A stretch of DNA of 39,127 nt. Source: a virus (Duplodnaviria; Caudoviricetes). Shown in pieces: positions 1-8,191 of this stretch (positions are counted from its first letter, which is position 1; each line of letters starts with the position of its first letter). The stretch lies in the IMG/VR virus record IMGVR_UViG_3300027323_000064, positions 1-39,127 of that record. One strand, 5' to 3'. Made by a program: the position numbers and the translations under genes. The notes beneath the pieces were generated by a model. That model had not been told where the DNA came from and searched no databases. It saw only the letters and a program-made list of their open reading frames with translations.

Positions 1-78
1 CTTCTTTTTTCGGATTTCTTCATTCAGTTCTTCTGCAGTTAACCACTTAACAACTTCTTTTTCAGGTTTTCGTCCCAT
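1..78 (-). CDS. Truncated ORF (MGRKPEKEVVKWLTAEELNEEIRKKK...), resembles the N-terminus of archaeal IS630-family transposase HTH proteins
   Basis: Hand-translated from ATG at 78 to window edge; only 26 aa visible; resemblance is from memory. Confidence 0.35.
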   Translation of the reverse strand, partial: MGRKPEKEVVKWLTAEELNEEIRKKK

Positions 79-135
79 GTAGCCATTTTGTAGTTATTGG
101 TTAAAAATGTTTTGTCTAATACTCTAATAAAAATA

Positions 136-771
136 TTAGCCCTCATAAACTTTTATGTCATCTAAATCCATTGTCCCGAGATTTATTCCCGAAGTAATCT
201 TAAACTGAGTAGGATTCGAAGGTAACCAAGAATCTGTAGCTGTTCCCTTGCTCACCCCATCATAAAACAGCTCCCAATTACCGCTTGAATCTCTCGTTAG
301 TTTAAGCGTATGCTCGTTAGTATCTGAATCCCATGTGAAGCTGATTAACGTAGTATCTCCACCGCCCGCCTGATTCTTAACAAGTAAAACTGCAGGACTC
401 GTTGATTTATTCTGAATATATAGTACATAATAATTGCTCGAATCTTCGTACATGAAATAGGCAAATAGTGTATAATTATCGGTTCCTCCAACAGCAACAC
501 GCTGAAACTTAAGCTCCCATACCCCGCCATTGCTGCCATTAAATGTGTTTGAAAAATACCCATCTGCCGAACCTGTAGCTCTTAATTTACCGCTGTTGAT
601 TGATAAACCCGCAGTTACCGTCCATGCTGGTCGTAATTGTTTTGCAATAAGCAGTTTATCATCCAATAACAGTATTCCTGGCGAGCGCCTCTCAAGATCT
701 AAATCATCAAAATCATCATATATATGATATTCAGGACCTCTTAAAATATACTGTTTCTTCATCCAAGGCAT
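136..771 (-). CDS. Concanavalin A/lectin-like beta-sandwich virion protein (candidate receptor binding)
   Basis: Beta-rich, HTLKLTR..WELFYDG..DDIKV pattern; last gene of tail-tip module. Confidence 0.6.
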   Translation of the reverse strand: MPWMKKQYILRGPEYHIYDDFDDLDLERRSPGILLLDDKLLIAKQLRPAWTVTAGLSINSGKLRATGSADGYFSNTFNGSNGGVWELKFQRVAVGGTDNYTLFAYFMYEDSSNYYVLYIQNKSTSPAVLLVKNQAGGGDTTLISFTWDSDTNEHTLKLTRDSSGNWELFYDGVSKGTATDSWLPSNPTQFKITSGINLGTMDLDDIKVYEG

Positions 772-1319
772 TAGTTTTGCACCCCCACAACTTTCTCTAA
801 TTGAACAGTTGGCTCATTCCCAGCATTTGGAGCTTGAGAACAGTAAGCATAGAGCCTGATTGCCTTAACTTTCTCGTTTGTTGTTACTGCATCCATCACG
901 TCGATGAGCCAGTCGTCAAAGCTCTCTCCTTCTGCAACACTCTCTTCTGAGTCAAGTAAATCATCTTCTGTATCATCAGATTTAACAGCTCTGAGCATGA
1001 AGTAAAGAGTACATCCTGATCCTGAAGGATTATTTGCCTGAACGTGGATTCTGTTAACCCATCCAATGAAGTCGTTGTCAGGAGTGACTTCCTGCTTCTG
1101 TGTTAGAGCTGTCTCAGTTACCTGAACAGAAGAAGCGTTTCCCTTGTTTAGAGTTCTTCCTGCCAATTCCTTATTTAGATTTGTAATGTCATTTGCAAAA
1201 GAATAGTTGGCCCAGTTGTCATACTCTGCAATCGGCTGTTCTCCTGCTGTGTATTTAGCAGATCCGGCAGGTGGCTCAGTTCCAGTATTATCCCATCTGC
1301 TTTGCTGAGAGATTGGCAT
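771..1319 (-). CDS. Tail fibre/baseplate-attached protein
   Basis: N-terminal W..TGTEPP....YTAGEQPIAEYDNW motif typical of myovirus fibre N-termini; follows baseplate wedge genes. Confidence 0.65.
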   Translation of the reverse strand: MPISQQSRWDNTGTEPPAGSAKYTAGEQPIAEYDNWANYSFANDITNLNKELAGRTLNKGNASSVQVTETALTQKQEVTPDNDFIGWVNRIHVQANNPSGSGCTLYFMLRAVKSDDTEDDLLDSEESVAEGESFDDWLIDVMDAVTTNEKVKAIRLYAYCSQAPNAGNEPTVQLEKVVGVQN

Positions 1320-1510
1320 TATACCACCTCTGGAGCACTAATCTGAATAAACTCATTAAGATCTGGATGCTCATCAAGGATCTTTTTTATCTTATTCAGC
1401 CCTTCAATCTCAGAATTAAGCTTCTTTATTTGCTCTTCAGCTTGGAATTTACTCTTTCTTGCAGTTTCCAGCTCCTTCATCTTATTCTCTATAAGTTTGT
1501 CAATTGCCAT
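1319..1510 (-). CDS. Small coiled-coil protein
   Basis: Heptad-rich 63 aa; TAATG coupling to next gene; preceded by late-promoter motif. Confidence 0.7.
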   Translation of the reverse strand: MAIDKLIENKMKELETARKSKFQAEEQIKKLNSEIEGLNKIKKILDEHPDLNEFIQISAPEVV

Positions 1511-1529
1511 AACAACCCCTCATAACTAG

Positions 1530-1548
1530 ACTTTAAAAACTGAAGTCA
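1530..1548 (-). promoter_or_regulatory. Late promoter motif TGAC-N5-TATA (TGACTTCAG TTTTTAAA)
   Basis: TGAC begins 38 nt upstream of ATG 1510. Confidence 0.7.
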
Positions 1549-1550
1549 GC

Positions 1551-2807
1551 TTAGAGCAGCCCAGCGTAAGTCCCTCCATCTGGATTGCTATTTGCCAGAT
1601 CGTTATATCCCTTAGTCGCATCTGAAGGCTCGCCTGCTGACTTGCACTCAAATGTTCCCCACTTCTTAGCTGTTAGCCTTACTCCTGCAGGCTTAACAGA
1701 ATCAAGAATATCCTTGAACTCATCAACTGTGATCCCTGCAGCTTCAAGATCCTGAAGAAAAACCCAAACATCAAATGATGCTGGCTCAGTATCCCATGTC
1801 TCCTTGATTGTAGCTCTATCTGTTTGCGTGCTAAGCACTGTAGATATTATTTCCTTGAGTTCTTTTACTGTTGCTGAGCTTGTGTATTGTCTGAACTGTG
1901 CTTTCAAACGTGCTCTATAGTGCTCATCTGTCTCTCCTGACAGTCTGCGTGTGTTAAGTAGCTCGCCGAGGTACTCGAGATTCTTTCCTGCCGCATAATC
2001 AACAAAATGAGCGCTTTTGATGCCCATTCTGTTGAATGGCAAGTATAGAACTAATCCACCAGAGACATTCTCACCGTTGTAGAGTTGCTGGATTTCTGAC
2101 TCGCTTAGAGCTCTGTTGTAGATTCGAAGTTCATCGAGAATCCCATTGAGAAACCTGTCTGTTCCTCCCAAACTTCCAACTATAGCTGTTATTGAATTGT
2201 CGATACTTCCGTTTATAGCAGTTAAATCACCGCTGTTATCGAGAACACCATCCACATAAACATAACTTGTTCCATCCCTATCAATTGAGAACGCAACGTG
2301 ATGCCATTCACCATCATTGAAAGTCGTTGTTGTTGGCAGTGATGCATAACCAGATGAATCCTGTATAGTCAAACGAATAGTGTTGTTATTAGTATAAGCA
2401 ACTTTGTAACCAACATTTCCATGTGCTCCCTTGTACAAAATCATATCCATTGTCGTTGACGGTGTATAGGATGTTTTAATCCGAAATACAATTGAAAAGT
2501 CAGAAGTTCCCATATCAAGCGGGTCATCAACAAGAGTGACATAATCATCCACTCCATCAAACTGCAAAGCCCAGCCCCTCTCAGTCCAGATCCACTGACC
2601 ACCGTAAATCATTCCATGATTGTTGTTGCCGCTCAGATCATATACAGTTTCATCAGTATCAATGCCAACTGATCTGCATAATCCCTCCAAGTCTCCAAAT
2701 CCCTTATCCAAAATTGAGAGTAACTTGTAGATATTAGAGTCAGATGACTTGTTGAAAGCTGTTGAAAGCTTTGAAATCAGCTCATCAACTGCCATGCTCC
2801 ACCTCAA
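1551..2807 (-). CDS. Baseplate wedge protein (Mu gp48/P2 gpI-like) with inserted LamG/ConA domain
   Basis: LEYLGELL..RR..GETDEHYRARL and VKPAGV motifs flank a LamG domain (ALQFDGVDDYV, WHHVA, LDELRIYNRALS); follows baseplate J; start may be the second Met (MAVDE). Confidence 0.8.
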   Translation of the reverse strand: MRWSMAVDELISKLSTAFNKSSDSNIYKLLSILDKGFGDLEGLCRSVGIDTDETVYDLSGNNNHGMIYGGQWIWTERGWALQFDGVDDYVTLVDDPLDMGTSDFSIVFRIKTSYTPSTTMDMILYKGAHGNVGYKVAYTNNNTIRLTIQDSSGYASLPTTTTFNDGEWHHVAFSIDRDGTSYVYVDGVLDNSGDLTAINGSIDNSITAIVGSLGGTDRFLNGILDELRIYNRALSESEIQQLYNGENVSGGLVLYLPFNRMGIKSAHFVDYAAGKNLEYLGELLNTRRLSGETDEHYRARLKAQFRQYTSSATVKELKEIISTVLSTQTDRATIKETWDTEPASFDVWVFLQDLEAAGITVDEFKDILDSVKPAGVRLTAKKWGTFECKSAGEPSDATKGYNDLANSNPDGGTYAGLL

Positions 2808-3976
2808 TTAATTGTAACTGTTATCTTTGCATCATCTGTCTGTGCGATCTCAGTGTCAGCAATTGCGATATTTGAAGTACCAGTAGGTGGAGAGGCTGTG
2901 TCGATCTTGACGGTAGCATCAACAACACCCTGGATGTCCATAACAGCAGCTACAACCTTGTTGTAGATTACGTCTTCTCCGATCTCTAAGTTGTTGATGT
3001 AAGCTTTCACAGCATCTTTGACATCCTGTTCTGAGATTGCAGTTCCGTCTGAGGTTATGTCAACGTCAGCATAGATGTTTACTGTCGTTGGTCTTGCAAA
3101 GTAAACAGTATATTCGTTGCCATCCTGATCATATGCTGTTCCCGAAGTATCTCCATAAGGCCTGATGCCTGCCGGCTTTGAATCAAAGATAGCCTGTGCA
3201 ACATCGTTGTTAGTTCCACCCATAATAGTGACTCTGAAGGATTTAGGTGGCAGTCCTCCACCCGGTGTGTTATCGTTTATAGTGTCATTCTCCTCTATTT
3301 TTGCAGTAGTGACCCCGTCCACAGCCAGAACAGCCGTCTTTATTGCATCGAGTGTTGCTTTACCTAAACCAGAGATCGTTGTTTTTACACGCCACCTGAA
3401 TGTTTCATCTGATTCTGTGTCTGATCCTCCACTTGTCGGATTTGAGTTCGTTACCGATTCAATTCCACTTACAGGATCCACTATCTTAGTGATCGTGTTT
3501 GCTGCTACATTGCCCGCTGAGCCAGCTTCTTCGGCTTCAATTGATGCGTCAACACTTGTGTTCCCTGTCAGCAATGTAACAGCCTCACTTGTTTTGAAAA
3601 CTACTGATTCATCTGGTGTTGCAACTCGAGTTCCTGCTGGGATAAGGATATCTGATGTTGCTGCTGTTGATCTGCTGAAAGTGACTGTTCCAGTTGCTTT
3701 TGTCGCCTGCTTTCTTGTGAATCCGATAAGTGCAGCTACATAGTCAAGACTGCTGCCAGTTGCAAAATCAATATAGCCAGCGTAATAACAATCTTCAGCA
3801 AGTTGCCAGACTTCAGCTTCCCTGTAAGCTGCAAGCTGCATAATATAGTACAATGGCGAAGTTTCCGACAGATCTATATCGTCACCGAATTTCTGCTTGG
3901 CATCCTGCTTTAGCTCTTCAATAATCACAGAATACGGTTTTATCACAAAACCCGAATCAGTTACTCCATAGCTCAT
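2804..3976 (-). CDS. Baseplate J/Mu gp47-like wedge protein
   Basis: ATG..LD....G..R..AT.A.G.V.F, GG.D.ESDE.FR.R, AIF..KPAGI motifs. Confidence 0.92.
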   Translation of the reverse strand: MSYGVTDSGFVIKPYSVIIEELKQDAKQKFGDDIDLSETSPLYYIMQLAAYREAEVWQLAEDCYYAGYIDFATGSSLDYVAALIGFTRKQATKATGTVTFSRSTAATSDILIPAGTRVATPDESVVFKTSEAVTLLTGNTSVDASIEAEEAGSAGNVAANTITKIVDPVSGIESVTNSNPTSGGSDTESDETFRWRVKTTISGLGKATLDAIKTAVLAVDGVTTAKIEENDTINDNTPGGGLPPKSFRVTIMGGTNNDVAQAIFDSKPAGIRPYGDTSGTAYDQDGNEYTVYFARPTTVNIYADVDITSDGTAISEQDVKDAVKAYINNLEIGEDVIYNKVVAAVMDIQGVVDATVKIDTASPPTGTSNIAIADTEIAQTDDAKITVTIN

Positions 3977-4338
3977 AGCGTTACCTCCATACTAACAGAT
4001 TCCCCAGAAATGACCGTTAATCTGAGAGTTATAGTTACTTTCCTATCAGAATCGAGATCAGATACCTCAATCTCATCAATTGATTTCAGATAAGAATACC
4101 TGCTCAATGCTTTCCTTATCTCAGCCTCAATTAACTTCTTATTGAAGCTTGACTCGAAGATTTTGAAATAATCAACCCCCATTTCGGGATAGAAGGGGTC
4201 TGAGCCCTTGATAGTTTTGAGGATAATGCGAATATCTTGGGCTACCTTCTCAGCTCCATCAACCATTTCAAGTCTGTTTAATTGATTGAATACAAGATCG
4301 CCTGAAGAATCAAGCTTCAGAGTTTCTCCGTAGCTCAT
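3973..4338 (-). CDS. Baseplate gp25/Mu gp46-like sheath initiator
   Basis: Q.IRI.L.T.KG..PF.PE.GVDY motif; directly upstream of baseplate J. Confidence 0.8.
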   Translation of the reverse strand: MSYGETLKLDSSGDLVFNQLNRLEMVDGAEKVAQDIRIILKTIKGSDPFYPEMGVDYFKIFESSFNKKLIEAEIRKALSRYSYLKSIDEIEVSDLDSDRKVTITLRLTVISGESVSMEVTL

Positions 4339-4357
4339 AGTTGTTAGTTTTTAGAGG

Positions 4358-4376
4358 ATAATAAAAAGAAAAGTCA
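4358..4376 (-). promoter_or_regulatory. Late promoter motif (TGACTTTTC TTTTTATT)
   Basis: 38 nt before ATG 4338; its TGA is the stop of 4374..4724. Confidence 0.8.
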
Positions 4377-4724
4377 AAGCTTAGCAACTACTAGGGCATC
4401 ATTGATGTTAAACCTTCGCTTGCTATTCCGCTCAAGTGGATACTTCGAGAAGACAATGAGAACACGGTCACCTTCTTGGATCCCGATGCTAACTGGTGGA
4501 CCTGCAACATCTCCACTTGGCGTGCTCACAATTTCAGGATCATGGTAGTGTATGTACTTAAGATAAGGGGCTAAGGGAATTTTGAATAGCTCTGTTTCGT
4601 CAGGATCCTCAAGCTTCACATTTGCATATGTTTTGTCCTGGAGTAGTTGAGTAACTAGTGCAGTGCAAGCCGTGTAAACACCTTCGAGCTTGAGGTCAAT
4701 TCTTTCGTTTATCAGCTTGATCAT
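4374..4724 (-). CDS. Short baseplate spike-like OB-fold protein (gp138/gpV N-domain-like)
   Basis: GDRVLIVFS..., FNINDALVV motifs; position between hub and gp25-like gene. Confidence 0.65.
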   Translation of the reverse strand: MIKLINERIDLKLEGVYTACTALVTQLLQDKTYANVKLEDPDETELFKIPLAPYLKYIHYHDPEIVSTPSGDVAGPPVSIGIQEGDRVLIVFSKYPLERNSKRRFNINDALVVAKL

Positions 4725-5503
4725 ATAGGAACGACCTCCATCTCAGAGAAATACTCCTCCCCTAAACAGCAGTGCTCATACTCAGAAACTTTAAACTGGC
4801 CCTTAATTTTGATTGATTCAAGTTTAATGCGAGTGTCGATTGCAGTCTTCCAGATTAGCAATGATTTCAATTTGTATTTTTCTTGTTGCTGGTCCTGTTC
4901 GTCTACTCTGCAAACCTCTAAAAGCACGGTATCGCTGCTGATAACTATTGTCTCAGCATACTTCGAATCTTTTGCAACGAAGTAGCCCTTACCGTCTTTA
5001 ACATAGTACTGGAAATCGGCATCATTGGCAAGTGTATCTAAGGTTTGCATTCCAGAATTCTTGAAAGTCATAGGCTTGGTTGTAATAACGCCAGTTTGCT
5101 CGATTTTGCCTACAGGTATACCGGCTTGTTGGAAAACCTGTTTTGCTATGTCACTGAGGTCCGTACCTTCTGGAGTTGTTATCCTGATTTGCTTCTGCAA
5201 TTCTGTAAGATTGTCAACTGCAACTATCTCTGCTGCTAGGTCGGCCCCCTCAATCGTTAACTCTGCACGCTTCACTGTTCCCTGGAAGATTATCCCATAA
5301 TCACCTCTATATCCTGCAATAAGAATGAGGGGTGAACCCGACTCGATTGCCTTGATAGTCGATTCACTCAGATTGTAAACAGTAATCTCAGCTGTTGCAG
5401 CCTCGTTAGCGCTACCTGTAACTCTAAAGAATATGTCGAGGTCGTCAACAGTCATCACCTTGTTCGCTATGTGGAGCTCGTAATAACGATCAAACAATCT
5501 CAT
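4721..5503 (-). CDS. Baseplate hub protein (Mu gp44/T4 gp27-like)
   Basis: AEITVYNLS, LIAGY..DYGIIFQG motifs; gene order. Confidence 0.8.
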   Translation of the reverse strand: MRLFDRYYELHIANKVMTVDDLDIFFRVTGSANEAATAEITVYNLSESTIKAIESGSPLILIAGYRGDYGIIFQGTVKRAELTIEGADLAAEIVAVDNLTELQKQIRITTPEGTDLSDIAKQVFQQAGIPVGKIEQTGVITTKPMTFKNSGMQTLDTLANDADFQYYVKDGKGYFVAKDSKYAETIVISSDTVLLEVCRVDEQDQQQEKYKLKSLLIWKTAIDTRIKLESIKIKGQFKVSEYEHCCLGEEYFSEMEVVPI

Positions 5504-5796
5504 GTTTGATTCTCCTCGAAGAGCCAGATTTCCAAATCATCTTTCTCGATCTTGCGAGGAAGGATCGTGAAGAGCACTTCATAAGTAGTCGGATCCTTGA
5601 CTTCCCTCGGGTTATCCTTGACAAGCTTCTCGTTGAAAATTATGCTCTCATCCTCAGCCCTTACAATCTTCAGCACAGGAAAGTCATTCAAGTTCCAGCT
5701 GTAGAAGAGAGTATATGCTTTGCCGGAAATGATCACTCGCTGCCATTGAGGATATCCTAAATCAATATCCCAAGGAAGGAGTTTAATAGTCGACAT
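5500..5796 (-). CDS. Small baseplate protein
   Basis: Translationally coupled between tube initiator and hub, as in related myoviruses. Confidence 0.6.
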   Translation of the reverse strand: MSTIKLLPWDIDLGYPQWQRVIISGKAYTLFYSWNLNDFPVLKIVRAEDESIIFNEKLVKDNPREVKDPTTYEVLFTILPRKIEKDDLEIWLFEENQT

Positions 5797-6293
5797 TATC
5801 CACCTCCAAACCAGCTTAAAATAGAATCGAGCCAGCTCTTATTCTCCTGTTTCTCTAAAGAATCTGAAATTTCTTTTTCTTGGGTTCCTGCAACAGTTCC
5901 ACCCGGAACATCTTCAGTTAATGGGATATCCTCTAGTATAATCAGTTCTGTTCTGAGTTCAACAGTTTGAATTTGCTTAAGAGTGATTGTTACTGTGTAG
6001 TTATTCTCGTACTCTCTTTCCACTTCAAGCGATTCTACGACAACATTCTCATAAATTCCACGTTCATCTGCTAAATCAACATCGAAAATTTGCTTGCTAT
6101 TCCTTAATTCTTTGATAAAAGCAAGTTCTTCTTCGTTTGCATAAATTTCAAGATGAAGTTCTACAGGTTCTGGCTTAATGTGGTCCGCTACGAGGAAGCC
6201 TGACTCAACCCTGTTCTCCTGAACTGTATTTTTAAGGAGAACTCTACCTGTGACTGTTGCCCTGAACTCCTTGCCAGCTATTGTTGCATACAT
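5796..6293 (-). CDS. Baseplate tube-initiator/Dit-like protein
   Basis: ENRVESG..VADHI..EP, YENVVVESL, ITLKQI motifs. Confidence 0.7.
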   Translation of the reverse strand: MYATIAGKEFRATVTGRVLLKNTVQENRVESGFLVADHIKPEPVELHLEIYANEEELAFIKELRNSKQIFDVDLADERGIYENVVVESLEVEREYENNYTVTITLKQIQTVELRTELIILEDIPLTEDVPGGTVAGTQEKEISDSLEKQENKSWLDSILSWFGGG

Positions 6294-6312
6294 ACTCGGT
6301 AGTCAGTTCGAG

Positions 6313-6331
6313 ATGATAAAAAGAAAAGTCA
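6313..6331 (-). promoter_or_regulatory. Late promoter motif (TGACTTTTC TTTTTATC)
   Basis: 38 nt before ATG 6293. Confidence 0.8.
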
Positions 6332-6348
6332 GGTGATAGTGTAGCAGA

Positions 6349-6389
6349 GTGCGACACTTTTATTAACATAGCTGTCGCACTTTGCGACA
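6349..6389 (+). promoter_or_regulatory. Promoter/operator of small RHH gene: three TGCGACA boxes around a TTTTATTAA box
   Basis: GTGCGACA 6349-56, TGTCGCAC 6373-80, TGCGACA 6383-89. Confidence 0.6.
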
Positions 6390-6598
6390 TGACAAGTAAA
6401 AGTGTAAGGGTTGATGAAGAAGCTTACAGTATAGCTCTGCAGTATGGGAAAAACCTGAGCGAGGCGATAAGAGTAATGCATAGTCTAATTGAAGAGTTCA
6501 GAAACCAAAAATTTGACGCCGATGATCTTGCTAAAAAGATATCTAGGTATTTGTATGATGACTTGAGTTCTCATTTAGAGTACTTACTGTCGAGGTAG
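6389..6598 (+). CDS. Ribbon-helix-helix/antitoxin-like DNA-binding protein
   Basis: KSVRVDEEAY..A...GKNLSEAIR pattern. Confidence 0.65.
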   Translation: MTSKSVRVDEEAYSIALQYGKNLSEAIRVMHSLIEEFRNQKFDADDLAKKISRYLYDDLSSHLEYLLSR

Positions 6599-6605
6599 CT
6601 CAATT

Positions 6606-7598
6606 TTATTTCCTAGGGCTTTCCTCTTTTTTTTGTTCTACTGTGATTTCTGCTAATTTAATGAATGCTCTACCTTCATGATTTTCAATTAATTTAACAC
6701 ATGCAGTCTTATCGAAAGTAATAGTAGTAGCATGAAAAACCGAGAGTACAAGATCTTGGAGTGTTTGGTCACTTTCGAGTTTATCTACCTCTAGACCAAT
6801 TCTCTGTGCCTCACCTATGTTTATATGTCTACTATGGCTTTTAAAATAGTCGTAATTACATAAAGTATCTGAAACAGCTTTGGCAAGTTCTTCAGCGTCT
6901 TCTCTCCCACTAAACATATATTCTTTCAACCATTTATAAACAAGCTCTTTTGAAAGTTCTGTTGCATTAAAAGACTCTGTAAGCAAAGAAGGACCATATT
7001 GTTGTAGGATAGGGACCCATGATCCTAAACTCTTTGGATTGTTTTCACATTCATATTTTGCTCTATTGAACTGATCAAGAATAGCGCCAGCCGGAACGGA
7101 TCTTCTGCCGAGGGGTGTTTGCAAAATTAATTGTGGATCAATAGGGCCGAGAGAGGAATGCTTTCCCATTATTATTTTATTTGCTGCACAAGCCAGCATT
7201 GTAGCCGCAGACATTGCTGCTTGTGGAATAATGACTCTAATATCTTTAAACTTACTTCTAAGATAAGACACGAGAGCCTCTGTCGCTCCTGGCAATCCTC
7301 CAGGGCTATGGATAATTAAATCAAGTTCATCTCCACTAAGACCATATATAGCTTCCATGAACCCTTGGATATCTTCTTCTGTGATTGTTATAAGTTCTGG
7401 TGGAAGTGGGTGGGGTTGAGTCCAATTTGAGGCATAAATAATTGTATTCCTTCCAGTGTGTCTGTAAAGCTGAGTTAAGTACTTTCTTCTTACAGCATCG
7501 CATGGACTTGGAGTGGCTTTCTTGCCTTGTTTAGCTAATTTACTCAACTTTCTCTCTTCATTTGCTATTTCTCTTAATAATTCACCCCAAGATGGCAA
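6606..7598 (-). CDS. SDH-family (ClpP/crotonase-fold) serine protease
   Basis: LDLIIHSPGG, AMSAATMLA, LGPIDPQ, SHSRHI motifs; TTG start after GAGGTG. Confidence 0.88.
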   Translation of the reverse strand: MPSWGELLREIANEERKLSKLAKQGKKATPSPCDAVRRKYLTQLYRHTGRNTIIYASNWTQPHPLPPELITITEEDIQGFMEAIYGLSGDELDLIIHSPGGLPGATEALVSYLRSKFKDIRVIIPQAAMSAATMLACAANKIIMGKHSSLGPIDPQLILQTPLGRRSVPAGAILDQFNRAKYECENNPKSLGSWVPILQQYGPSLLTESFNATELSKELVYKWLKEYMFSGREDAEELAKAVSDTLCNYDYFKSHSRHINIGEAQRIGLEVDKLESDQTLQDLVLSVFHATTITFDKTACVKLIENHEGRAFIKLAEITVEQKKEESPRK

Positions 7599-7607
7599 AT
7601 TTGCACC

Positions 7608-7778
7608 TCAAAATGAAGAACTATCAGAATTCGTAGCAAAATAATGTTCCTCTTTTAACCATACTCTACCTTCTTTAACTCTTTTATCAATATCGCTGTA
7701 AAGTTCCATAAGGTCTGCTATTCCGGGCATCTTCATTGCCTTCTCTAGTAACTCATCATATTCTTTATCATAAGCCAT
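7608..7778 (-). CDS. 56-aa protein upstream of the SDH protease (MAYDKEYDELLEKAMKMPGIADLMELY...)
   Basis: Hand-translated, below ORF-track cutoff; AT-rich TATA-like region upstream; stop overlaps RBS of protease. Confidence 0.7.
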   Translation of the reverse strand: MAYDKEYDELLEKAMKMPGIADLMELYSDIDKRVKEGRVWLKEEHYFATNSDSSSF

Positions 7779-7846
7779 AATACCAGTTAAGCTTCTAAGT
7801 ATTTAAAAATTTACAAAAATTGTAGGATTTTGAATAATTATAACAA

Positions 7847-7990
7847 TCAATATCCGTAAGTTGCTAAATCTTCAGTGAAGACTTTCCTTACTGCTTTTCT
7901 TATGGTCTTTTCATCTCCCTTCTTAACATTGATCTCAATTTTTGGCACATGGATTGTTTTATGTTCTATTCTATTTGATGAGATTGCTGT
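7847..7990 (-). pseudogene. Startless frame resembling a relic tape-measure C-terminus (TAISSNRIEHKTIHVPKIEINVKKGDEKTIRKAVRKVFTEDLATYGY)
   Basis: 47 open codons with protein-like composition, bounded upstream by an in-frame stop. Confidence 0.45.
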
Positions 7991-8001
7991 TCAGGAGATA
8001 T

Positions 8002-8136
8002 TCATAGCTCTTCGGCAAGATGCTCACACGAAACCCATGTTTGTGGCTCTTTTTCCCAGTATTTGTAATAATATTCGAGTATAGCCTTCCTTATCTTCTC
8101 ATTGAGCATGATGAGATGCTGCCTTGCAACACTCAT
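8002..8136 (-). pseudogene. 44-aa ORF, probably truncated winged-helix gene (MSVARQ...EHLAEEL*ISPEQ)
   Basis: ATG 39 nt after a TGAC-N5-TATA motif; stop falls in an HTH-like turn. Confidence 0.5.
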
Positions 8137-8156
8137 AAGAGTTGCGTTTTCTCAAG

Positions 8157-8175
8157 AAAATATAAATGAGGGTCA
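8157..8175 (-). promoter_or_regulatory. Late promoter motif (TGACCCTCA TTTATATT)
   Basis: 39 nt before ATG 8136. Confidence 0.65.
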
Positions 8176-8191
8176 GATCCCAACTGTAACG

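Noticed and set aside
136-2807. Diversity-generating retroelement or invertible tail-fibre cassette
   Set aside because: No reverse transcriptase, recombinase or template/variable repeat pair seen
3165-3743. Long plus-strand ORFs (also 8262..8714, 17721..18251, 26423..26989 and similar)
   Set aside because: Antisense shadows of well-supported structural genes
6606-7598. SDH/ClpP-fold protein as the head maturation protease
   Set aside because: Outside the head module, lacks the late motif, and a canonical protease gene is at 23069..24403
7875-8084. Hydrophobic plus-strand ORF
   Set aside because: Better explained as antisense of the minus-strand relic frames; no RBS seen
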